Shown here: positions 21,101 to 28,090 of the stretch, piece by piece
Numbering within the stretch: the stretch's first letter is position 1
Layout of the letters: every line of letters starts with the position of its first letter
DNA from: Trichodesmium erythraeum IMS101
GTDB taxonomy: Bacteria; Cyanobacteriota; Cyanobacteriia; Cyanobacteriales; Microcoleaceae
Direction: 5' to 3'
Assembly (NCBI RefSeq): GCF_000014265.1
Contig: NC_008312.1
Span: 510,001 to 542,000, forward strand
Length of the DNA: 32,000 nucleotides
Made by a program: the position numbers and the translations under genes
Notes under the pieces: model-generated
Database searches by the model: none
What the model was told of the DNA's origin: nothing
The model's input: only the letters and a program-made list of their open reading frames with translations

Positions 21101-22096
21101 GGTATTGATGGTGAGGTAATAATTACGGGTACAGCTTTGGAACCTGTTGTTGGTGGTAATGTAGAAGTATCCAAAGGTAAGATATTTTTGAATCAAGCAG
21201 TAGGTTTAGCAGAAGGAGCAGTAGGAGAAAAGCAAACAGATGGGGTAAGCTCTGGTTTGGGAGAATTTGAGGTTGGTTTGAATGATTTTCAGTTGATGTT
21301 GAGCGATCGCCTAGAGATGTCTTTTCTAGGAATAGCTAATTTTCAAGTGGCAGGTGGTTTACTGATAAATGGTACTCTCAAGAATATTCGTCCCAGTGGT
21401 AAAATTAATTTAGAAGGAGGTACAATTAATTTATTTAGTACAGAGTTACGTTTAGACCGCAGCTATAAAAATATAGCTGAATTTAATCCCAATAATAGAT
21501 TTGACCCTATGCTAGATATACAATTGTTAGCATCAGCCTTTGAAACTAGTGGCTCATCATTATCAAGATCGAATTCAGCATTTTCCGCTGAAACCATAGA
21601 TGCTCCATCTCTAGGTACATTGAGTAGTAGTCAGAGAATAAAAATTAGAGCTAAAGCGAAAGGACTGCTATCAGAGTTAAAAGATAACTTAGAGCTGACA
21701 AGTTCTCCACAGCGAACAGAGACACAAATAGTTAGTTTATTAGGTGGTAATATTGTTAATACTCTTAGTGCGGGCAGAAGTTTAGCATTAGCAAATGTGG
21801 CGAGTACTGCTCTATTTACTAACATAGAACAGGATATTATTGAAGGAACAGGATTAAGTGAATTTCGGATATTTCCTGCCAATATTCCTAACAGTGGCTC
21901 GGAACGTGCTAATAGTTTGGGTTGGGGTCTAGAAGTTGGTATTGATCTGACTGATAAAGTGGGAGCATCTGTTACTATACTTGAAGCAACAGAGTTGTCT
22001 TTAGATTATCAAATTAATAATAAAATACGTCTCCGGGGTAATAGTAATTTCGATGAGAATGCTGTGTTGTCTATTCAGTATGAAACTAGATTTTGA
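15128..22096 (+). CDS. tamB: Translocation and assembly module protein TamB (DUF490; cyanobacterial counterpart of plastid TIC236), 2322 aa
   Basis: N-terminal TM anchor (IIIISGIGLGTVSVAGGIVGTWFV) and a very long beta-rich, Asn/Gly-rich body with internal repeats. The C-terminal region is DUF490-like (LELTSSPQRTETQIVSLLGG..., ending ...NAVLSIQYETRF). A single uninterrupted 6.97-kb ORF. Confidence 0.8.
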   Translation: MTNAPKKLNDQTNVSTSRKWIRIIIISGIGLGTVSVAGGIVGTWFVQKQLAPMVSKSLSKLMQRPVKVGELKKFGLGYIEFGPSSLPPNSKDSISAYTEVVKVKFPLRSILFKTLKLDITFGESQAYVQQEIDGSFAIPKLAGDLPDPPLDIEIKKVNFPKINVSIQPSEKGKSSTPILLDLSKTEVRSLDKQQRWLVSLNGRVIDGGNFKVNADANIKTWEIEANMVAQKLQLPIFATLASALENIPTLNIESGELDANLRAQVKITDNIADIVQDVRGRVSLQRLKANTDILSNQVNLNTVANISWPKVNVENLDGNYGNIGLKLRGAVETTRDLNLENIKLDFQGTVLPVSFETLFNTATREINLLSNNTTSAETKQQLQQINGQIQSIKPLLAGRVKTDIKFSGSLLEPLVSGKIETTEVTRVDRLRFKNIATKFTVSSQLNQDFRPVNMAASFSGLQINPMLGGKITGKGAVLEVDLPIATPKASSKKLEVGTQAVERFQEVSLKSQESETKFNPTVDLDLRVQNLPVEAIAQQYNITSPLPIGEFSTEVKISGPLETLKGQVQWRLPKAVYPLSGAVDIINSQANIKNTIVKIGGGTVNINGNANLENWQLNATVNQVNLDKKSLQPLGLPSGLEGIFNGKANFSGLTSKFSINSINGNGNGIVNIAGGQINLNGKLNNGNWQGKGIGSQINLSALERIAINSDILRTPNSIFSSKNDGIINGEVTLSGNLNNLSLAGVKANINGNLNLANGIINANGKVNNGGFKVLVNTAELPINPLLDLGWSAVNSGIINDQEKLNLIKKNIPRLKSINGKLSGKVSLLGNLTNLSPEFLQENITGDFTGNLKIKTGTINAVGNLKRGNFQTIFQTNQIALSAVEDLLKETRIVSPKSNIVQKNTDGQVKGRATVSGNINNLTPEGVTIDGYGKVLIAGGIINAQGRLSQGNFQASVNSSKLRVNPLLDLGKSVLVSGLIPVETYKIKTLIRQVNTINSLNSQVNIKANFSGNLTNFTSERISAMAKSQLFIDDNYIDFDGKLNGGNFLVNVETARISLRPLEKIIRKTDLVSLPPSATLPPGIEGEILGKFSVFANINNVNLQDIAVDGSGKLIIGNNTINATGKLEQGNFEAVAIADPIPLSFVKKIAKETEVVSSENLRYLETINGNVFANAKLAGNLDNLNPEAIAASAEGKLIFADGGAINITGELVGKEWQAAVVGNQIPLEQFSAALEKHEQAKSAVAAIRKAQKLLGQAENLPVIGGLFNSKIDLSGSLANLNPEAIQAQAKLTLSELPVIDKSFNGLFSWNQKRIEITKAAIPPEVNVNGLVDVDFTAQKSPTISGINIDVSLSDFNLASLPIKKLMESLPVEKKGELLTGRVSFDGKVIGKSIADLNLVGDVVLRNLSVNKVDFDSELSGKLNAGITQGINFKIAGKNDSLELVLDETYFPTAFLVKRDQAKLAGVTEGENFLITLAKFPLELLGIAPAKQFDIGAVSGEASAKIAVSNLRTFDIKSIKADGNLEVTKPGIGYIDAESFRADINYAQGKASINDGILLLGNSRYVLQGMVDLNSQGATFDPYFAANLKIEKAEVQDILTALQWFELKDIARGVATPNYAKAADLQTSAVGFYEKTPVMMQLRRLAEIKVLLKQQEESQEPKTPIQIPPLADLDVTLSGEIMAEGSLQSGVDGKFDIKGSGWSWGVYKIDNFLVQGKYENEVLTVKPLEVQVGEASLAFNGDLNTKNQSGKLQLKNIDLAEVQKFAQSYVLQNSNINITGKLNLETELNGNFQDPRAKGKIKIVDGTLNERPIEKAQTDFSYKAGRLGFNGDLSIVGDPILYEGDVPINLPFAKVSTDNNLINARVNVKNDAFKIVNILTDQVVLDSGEGDISLEVKGTLKQPRVEGTAKFTDISIAATAFPEALTDLEGTVSFNGDSIEVEKIQGNISDGVVEVTGVLPIRESLGREDSDINNPLTITLKKLNVDFKKVFKGGIDGEVIITGTALEPVVGGNVEVSKGKIFLNQAVGLAEGAVGEKQTDGVSSGLGEFEVGLNDFQLMLSDRLEMSFLGIANFQVAGGLLINGTLKNIRPSGKINLEGGTINLFSTELRLDRSYKNIAEFNPNNRFDPMLDIQLLASAFETSGSSLSRSNSAFSAETIDAPSLGTLSSSQRIKIRAKAKGLLSELKDNLELTSSPQRTETQIVSLLGGNIVNTLSAGRSLALANVASTALFTNIEQDIIEGTGLSEFRIFPANIPNSGSERANSLGWGLEVGIDLTDKVGASVTILEATELSLDYQINNKIRLRGNSNFDENAVLSIQYETRF

Positions 22097-22339
22097 TTGA
22101 ACAACTGCAAGCTAAAATTAAAAAGTCAAAAGTTAAAATACCTGTAGGTTGGTTTGAGGGACGAAACCCAAAAAATAACCCTTGTAGTCAGTCAAAAGTC
22201 AATCCCCCCCCTTTTTATTCCCAGGGGGAAAGTTATACTAAGTTCCTTAAGTATGGCTATAGATTATACTCAAGAATGAAATCATATAATCTTATTAATA
22301 TTAAGTAATGTAGCCTAAGTTTATGAAATTGGTATTAGT

Positions 22340-23150
22340 TGCTCGTAATAACAAACCCTATTTTTTTCTATTTTTTTTCCACTCAGCAGCATTAGCTTAA
22401 ATATTCCTTTCTACCGGCAAAGCCTCTTAATATTCTTCTATCCATTCCCCAAAGTTTTCTAACTTCTAATTAAATTATTATGAATAATATCTAATAATCT
22501 TCCTGCCTCTAACTTATATTTAGTAATTAATCGATTATTTAGGTTCCCTAAGTTATCACTAACTTCCAATAAAAGCTCTAAACTATATTCTTAATTAGAC
22601 AATTTTTACAAAATTACTCGTCGGCGAATATATGTTACTTTGAAAAAATTAAGTAACTGTTTCCCATGCTCAACTAATTCTAAAAATATCTTTTTAGTAA
22701 CTGACTTTTTCTCTTTATTCAAATTATCAAAAACTGCATTAACTTGCTTTGTAAAAGTACCCGAAATTCCATCAAACTTTTCATAAGTTGTTAGAGTTAA
22801 ATATTAACTTTTATCTTCTCCCTGTATAGTAGATTTCCATAGAAAATCAAAATTACATCGTAACAGAGGTAAACTACCAATATTACGCAAAAAATCTGAA
22901 GTTATTTGAGCAGCTAATTTAGCTTCTACTTTCATTTCTACTAATTCCGCCAGCTTCTTAATTGCTTCCTCCATCTCATCCTTTTCCAAAGGCTTTACTA
23001 ATAATTGATACTCCTTAATTTTTGTTGCTAACCCTAAAGATATTGAAAATTAGTAGAGAAAATATTCCTGGATTTATTAGACCAAATAAAATTTATTTTA
23101 AGTTTTTTTATTTGCTAAAATAGGCGAAAAAAATAAAAAAATTAGACATT
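22340..23150 (-). pseudogene. Remnant of a STAND-class NTPase gene (of the kind usually fused to WD40/TPR repeats)
   Basis: The minus-strand translation, broken by stops, reads VKPLEKDEMEEAIKKLAELVEMKVEAKLAAQITSDFLRNIGSLPLLRCNFDFLWKS...*LTLTTYEKFDGISGTFTKQVNAVFDNLNKEKKSVTKKIFLELVEHG...RRRV...NRLITKYK...LDIIHNNLIRS*. This follows the family pattern G.LPLLEF.L..LW...LT...YE..GG+.GAL...A..VY..L..EE....++IFL.LV..G....TRRRV...RL+VT...+E+AHEALIR.W. The upstream limit is uncertain. Confidence 0.6.
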
Positions 23151-24199
23151 TTTTATGCTTTTAGCAGATAATAAAAGAATCCTAAAGCTTGTAAATTACA
23201 ATCAATAATTTTTCAGCCTTCTAACAAAAAAAATTGTTTTTTACCTGAATTTGGCATAATAAATTTTTGAAATAATCTAAATATATGTCATAAATATTTC
23301 TTTTTAATTGCACATCACTGGTTACTAAAAACTCTTATCGAATCATCTAGCTTGCCACTAAAAATAAAGCAACAGCAGGGATTTCATTTTTTGAGATAAA
23401 ATCAAATAAATTACTATTTTTTTTGAGGTATTTTTTATTAATTATGCCATCAGATACAAATATTTTTTTTAACCTGTTTTGCAATAATATTTTGCAGATT
23501 TTAAAAATAAAATTTGTCATATTTTCTAAAGTTTAGCAATAAACTTAACATCTTTAACTACATTTTTAGGGTTAAATATTGCTTAAATAGATATTCATTA
23601 ATCCTAAAAATAAAGGCTTATATACGTATTTTAAAAAAAAATTATTAGTAATAATTTAATTTTTGATAAACCATTTTTTTAAAATTACAAATACACATAA
23701 TGCCTCAATAAATTAATTATATTATTTACAAAAATTAATATTTTTTCTATTACACCCAGCTAATATATTTATCAGAATTATTGGCAAGTAATTAAATAAG
23801 TAAATAATCTACATTTAAATATTTTTTACATCTTTGAATAGTATTTTAATGATATTAATTTTAGACAAATCAGGAGGTTTTAATCGTAAAATAATATAGA
23901 TACCCAATAGATAAATTATTCCCTATATTATAAATATTCAAAAGATATATTTTTTAGAAAAAACATCAAATAAAATAACTTTTAAACATAAAGAAAGAAA
24001 TATCTTATTTTTGATTTTACTAAACCATACCCATAATGACAGTCAACAAACTACTTTTATGGTACTATAAACACATAGAAAATAAACAGGCTTCTCCATA
24101 CAAGGTTCTCAAACCCTTATGCTCCAATTTAAAAATTAGTATGCATTTTTAGATTGGTATGTATTTTTAGAGAGGTCTAATGTAACAAAAATAATCTCT

Positions 24200-25810
24200 A
24201 TGAAAAAATTAAAATTTTTAATTACTGGTGTCACTGTCATTGCAGCAGGTAGTTTTGCTACATATCTTTACTTTAAAAATATAGCAATTAAGGTATCTAG
24301 TCCCCTTAACAGTGGCCAAATTGTGCCAGAATCAGCAATTATGGCTGCTTTTTTTCATCCTAATCAAAAAGCCATCACTAAATTACAACAATTTGGTACT
24401 CCTGAAGCAAAAAAGTTGATTAGTCAAAATTATGCAGAATTTCAGCAAGAAAATTTAGCTGAGGCTAATATTAATTGGGAAAAGGATATTCAATCTTGGT
24501 TGGGAGGAGTAATGTTAGCTTTTGTACCTGGTGAGGAAGGACAAGATATGGATCCTGTAAATCTTTTGATGGTAGTAGGAATTAAAAATAAATTAGAAGC
24601 TTTAAGATTTGTTAGTAAGTTCAAAGGTGAAGGGGAAAATAGGGTAATAAAGAGAAAATATCAAGGGGTGACTATTCGAGAAATTACTGATGAGAGCAGG
24701 AAAACTTTTAATGTAGCAATTTTGGGAGATTACTTGGCGATCGCTCCCATCCCAGCAGTAGTAGAAAGTGCTATTGACACCTTTCAGGGTAAGAGTGTTT
24801 CTCTGAGTCAAAATGCTCCTGAAACTTTACAGCAAAATACGGAGCTTGAAAATACTATTGCTACTATTTTTATTCCTAACTATATTCAGTTAATCACACA
24901 ATTTACAGATGATTTGCCAGAGGATCAAAGTTCTTCTAGTACTGGTTTAGAGCAATTCCAGCAAATAAATTCTGTCGTAATGGGAATAGGGGTTGATGAT
25001 GCAGGTGTGCGGTTGCGAGCGGTGACTAAGTTAGTTTCTCCATTGCCTCTAGAGTTAACTAAACCTGCATCGGAGAAAATTTTGCAACGCTTTCCGGCGG
25101 AGACAATGATATCGCTCAGTGGCATTGGAGTTAGTCAAAGTTGGTCCCAGCTTGTAACCCAAGCACAGGAAAATCAGGATTTGCAGGATGCTTTGGGTAT
25201 TGTGAGAAATTCTTTTAAAGAAGTAGGCTTTGATGTAGATCGAGAGGTGTTTAGTTGGATGGATGGAGAATTTGCCCTTGGTTTGATAGCATCAAATAAG
25301 GGAATATTAGCAACAACTGGGGTTGGTGCGGCAATGGTTTTTGAGACTAGCGATCGCTCTACTGCCGAAGCCACATTGAAAAAGTTAAATCAGATGGCGA
25401 GCCAAAAGAAAGGTGTGGTGGTTGAGGAAAAACAGATAGGAGATCAGTTGGTGACGGAATTGCAAATGCTTGGTATTGGTACATTTTTGGGATATGGGTG
25501 GTTGGATAATAATACGTTGTTTGTAGCAATGGGGAAACCATTAATAGAAGTAATGATGAGTATGCCTGAGAATAGTTTAATTGGTAGTGAAAGTTTTGAG
25601 GAAATTAGGAGATCTTTACCCAAGTCGAATCAGGGGTATTTTTATTGGGACATCAAGCAAAGCATGGTTTGGGTGAAGCGTTATCCGTTTGTAAGTGTCT
25701 TGATACCATCGGAAGTGAGAGCAATTTTGAATTCAATTCGAGGTATTGGGGTTACGGCGAGTTGGTTGGATGAGTTGACAAATGAGATGGAGATGTTGTT
25801 GGCGTTGTAG
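24200..25810 (+). CDS. DUF3352-family conserved cyanobacterial protein (N-terminal membrane anchor)
   Basis: 536 aa with an N-terminal TM helix (FLITGVTVIAAGSFATYLYF). The SPL... start, the IQSWLGGVMLAF block and the overall size resemble DUF3352 proteins as I recall them. The family assignment needs an HMM check. Confidence 0.5.
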   Translation: MKKLKFLITGVTVIAAGSFATYLYFKNIAIKVSSPLNSGQIVPESAIMAAFFHPNQKAITKLQQFGTPEAKKLISQNYAEFQQENLAEANINWEKDIQSWLGGVMLAFVPGEEGQDMDPVNLLMVVGIKNKLEALRFVSKFKGEGENRVIKRKYQGVTIREITDESRKTFNVAILGDYLAIAPIPAVVESAIDTFQGKSVSLSQNAPETLQQNTELENTIATIFIPNYIQLITQFTDDLPEDQSSSSTGLEQFQQINSVVMGIGVDDAGVRLRAVTKLVSPLPLELTKPASEKILQRFPAETMISLSGIGVSQSWSQLVTQAQENQDLQDALGIVRNSFKEVGFDVDREVFSWMDGEFALGLIASNKGILATTGVGAAMVFETSDRSTAEATLKKLNQMASQKKGVVVEEKQIGDQLVTELQMLGIGTFLGYGWLDNNTLFVAMGKPLIEVMMSMPENSLIGSESFEEIRRSLPKSNQGYFYWDIKQSMVWVKRYPFVSVLIPSEVRAILNSIRGIGVTASWLDELTNEMEMLLAL

Positions 25811-25939
25811 GAGGAGGATATTTTTAGGACTAATACAGTTTCATAAAACCTCCAAGTCAAAATTCAAAACTCATCCCTGACTGAATTTCAATATTGAATA
25901 AAGATACAACTGACTTCGGGCAAGTGATGTACAGCTATA

Positions 25940-26660
25940 TTTGATAAAAATTATGTAGTGTAGGATCTTATCCGCGAGACGTAGCTCATAAACCTAAAAT
26001 ATGCTGTAATTATAGATGATCATAAATGATGCCAGATTATAGCCAAAGGCTTACGTGCCCTTGCTACCCGTCCGGTGACGCTGGATATGACTGGATTTTT
26101 TTATTGATTATAAATTCAATTCCTTAGCGACTGCTTTCCATTCGGCTCAAATTGGTTCCATTAATGGTGAATGAAATGCATGAGATACCTGCAATATTTT
26201 GGATTTAATATTTTGGATTTAATATTTTGGATTTAATATTTTGGATTTAATATTTTGGATTTAATATTTTGAATTTAATTTTTTCTGATTCTAAAGCGCT
26301 GACAATTTCCTTAACTTCTGTTACCTCACCAGAAATGACCACACTTTTCGGTTCATTTATCCCTGCGATCGCTAATTTATCCCCATTAGCTGTTAATTTT
26401 TTTTTTACCTTGGCTACTGTTGCTATCACAGCTACCATTTCTCCTTCTGGAGGTAATGACTGCATTAACCTTCCTCTAGCTGCCATTAGTTTCAGACCAT
26501 CTTCTCAAAAGAAAACTCCGGCTACTGTTGCTACCACATATCCTCCTACACTAGGATCCATCACTACATCTGGTTGACAGCATTTTTCATATCGGTAAAC
26601 CACAATAAGGAGGTTAAATGCAACCTCCCTACAAGGTTTTAGTTATGACGATATAGTTCA
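25940..26660 (-). pseudogene. Remnant of a polyketide synthase acyltransferase (AT) domain
   Basis: The minus strand reads QPDVVMDPSVGGYVVATVAGVFF*EDGLKLMAARGRLMQSLPPEGEMVAVIA...KLAIAGINEPKSVVISGEV...LESEKIKFKIL, then [14-bp repeats], then QVSHAFHSPLMEPI*AEWKAVAKE. This follows the PKS AT pattern (P..V.GHSVGE.AAA.VAGV.SLEDGL.L...RG.LMQ.LP.GGAM.AV...IAA.NGP...V+SG...L.VSHAFHSPLMEP). The GHSxG active-site serine block has degenerated to DPSVGG. It has in-frame stops and no KS domain upstream. Confidence 0.65.
26193..26276. repeat. 14-bp minisatellite (AATATTTTGGATTT) x6, last unit variant
   Basis: Read directly as six head-to-tail units with no spacers. It lies inside the PKS AT pseudogene, exactly between the ...KFKIL and QVSHAFHS blocks. 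Confidence 0.95.
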
Positions 26661-26955
26661 CCAATTTAAAAAGTGCTATAATTCCCCAGGTCGATCATAA
26701 GTTGGCTAAAACATATTCTATGACAAATATAGCAGGTTGGATATAAGCTGTTTAGCCAACTAGAGAATTGGTATGACAAATAGCAATAATAATTCCAAGA
26801 CTTCTAACCTTATAAGTGATGACTCTTTGATCAAAAAGAGCAATTCACCCACATAAATGATAATATTTCTCCTAATTAAGTCCTAACTAATGACTTCCAA
26901 CAATAATGTAAATATTTGTAGAAAATATTTATCATAGCTGCTATAAGAGACAATA

Positions 26956-28086
26956 CTAACTATTAACAAACTCTAGTCTTGATGTTAAAAATCTATCCAT
27001 CCAACCTTCGAAATAGGCTTGATTTTCTGCTTGTTCCTCTAGGTTTTCTGTATCTAAAGGATGAGGTGTTAAACCCAAAACTGCTGCCGTTGTTACACAA
27101 AACATTGACTTTTGAAAAGTGGCACAAATTTTCACTCGTAAATTATCTGTACCCCGGTTAGTTTTTTGATAAAATTCAAGAAGATAATCTGGTATAAAAT
27201 GTCGCATATCTTGCATTAATAATGTGGGTGGAATTCCTGCACCACCAATAGGTAAAGGATCTGCATACAAGGCACCATAAGTAAATTGACTTTGATCAGG
27301 GTCAATTTGTTGAGCTTGAGCGTTATATGAAACTGTTCCTGAAAATGGTGTTCCTCGGAAGAAAATTGCTTCCACATAAGGAACCGCTGTATCTGTTAAA
27401 AACGTTAAACCTACTGACTTAGGAATTATATCATGAGGTTTACCTTTAATATTTACAGCAAAAGTAATTGGTAAATTTGCTTCTGCGACTAACCCTGATA
27501 AAATATGATTGACTACTTCAGGAATAGATTTTATTTGACCTTGGTCATATTGATCAGATAAGGTGATAAAGATATCACTCATTACCCGCCAAAATTGACC
27601 TAAGGCACTGTAATAAGCTTGTTGACGTACCATATCTGGTAAAAATTCTGGAAATAATTGATTGAGTGGCATTAACATCAAATTCCCGGAAATTTTAGCA
27701 TCTATTGCTGCTTTTGCTAATTGTTTAAACTCAGCTGAATCTAAATATGTATCCAGACCTCCCCCTCCATGCCATAACATTCCCCTCATGCAATATTCTG
27801 CATATTCATAATTAATTCTGTCATGAGACCAAAACTTGAGTAATTTACCTAATGAAATTTTACCATTAAAGTATTTGAAAAAGGGAAACATTTCTAAAAA
27901 TTGATGTTCGGCAATGTAATTAAGATTTTGGGAATAAGCATCTAATACAATGCCGTAACTTTTTAAAATTCCGACAACTTCTAAGACATTTTCTGGGCTA
28001 TCCTTGAGCAGAGCTTGACCAGATTTTAAGCGGTTTATATAAGCTGAAAGTGGATGAGTAGAAGATTTTAAAATAGTGTTTGTCAT
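26956..28086 (-). CDS. cupB: CO2 hydration protein of the NDH-1MS' (NDH-1_4) CO2-uptake complex, CupB/ChpX
   Basis: Canonical ChpX/ChpY blocks: HPLSAYINRLKSGQALLKDSPENVLEVVGILKSYGIVLDAY, FPFFKYF, DRINYEYAEYCMRGMLWHGGGGLDTYLD, LGQFWRVMSD, PYVEAIFFRGTPFSGTVSYNAQA, YGALYADPLPIGGAGIPPTLLMQDM, FQKSMFCVTTAA. At 376 aa from the ATG at 28086, with ndhD4 upstream and no cupS, CupB fits better than CupA. Confidence 0.85.
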   Translation of the reverse strand: MTNTILKSSTHPLSAYINRLKSGQALLKDSPENVLEVVGILKSYGIVLDAYSQNLNYIAEHQFLEMFPFFKYFNGKISLGKLLKFWSHDRINYEYAEYCMRGMLWHGGGGLDTYLDSAEFKQLAKAAIDAKISGNLMLMPLNQLFPEFLPDMVRQQAYYSALGQFWRVMSDIFITLSDQYDQGQIKSIPEVVNHILSGLVAEANLPITFAVNIKGKPHDIIPKSVGLTFLTDTAVPYVEAIFFRGTPFSGTVSYNAQAQQIDPDQSQFTYGALYADPLPIGGAGIPPTLLMQDMRHFIPDYLLEFYQKTNRGTDNLRVKICATFQKSMFCVTTAAVLGLTPHPLDTENLEEQAENQAYFEGWMDRFLTSRLEFVNS

Positions 28087-28090
28087 AAGC

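Noticed and set aside
16084-21882. Eleven minus-strand ORFs of 61-156 aa inside tamB
   Set aside because: All are antisense to a single continuous 6.97-kb ORF with clear family features. Repetitive Asn/Gly/Leu-rich coding produces long antisense open frames.
22093-22308. 71-aa plus-strand ORF overlapping the tamB stop
   Set aside because: It is built largely from AAAAGTC-type heptamer and poly-C/G repeat sequence (KSKVKI..., NPPPFYSQGE). It has no recognisable domain and overlaps the tamB stop codon.
26193-26276. Possible CRISPR array (regularly spaced short repeats). The same question applies to the 126-bp repeats at 2403-2654.
   Set aside because: The units are directly contiguous with no unique spacers. 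The unit sizes (14 bp and 126 bp) are outside the CRISPR repeat range, and there are no cas genes in the window. These are plain tandem repeats.
26247-26577. Listed ORFs 26247-26486 (-) and 26269-26577 (+) as independent small genes
   Set aside because: The minus ORF is only the longest open piece of the PKS AT-domain pseudogene and runs into the minisatellite. The plus ORF is its antisense shadow.
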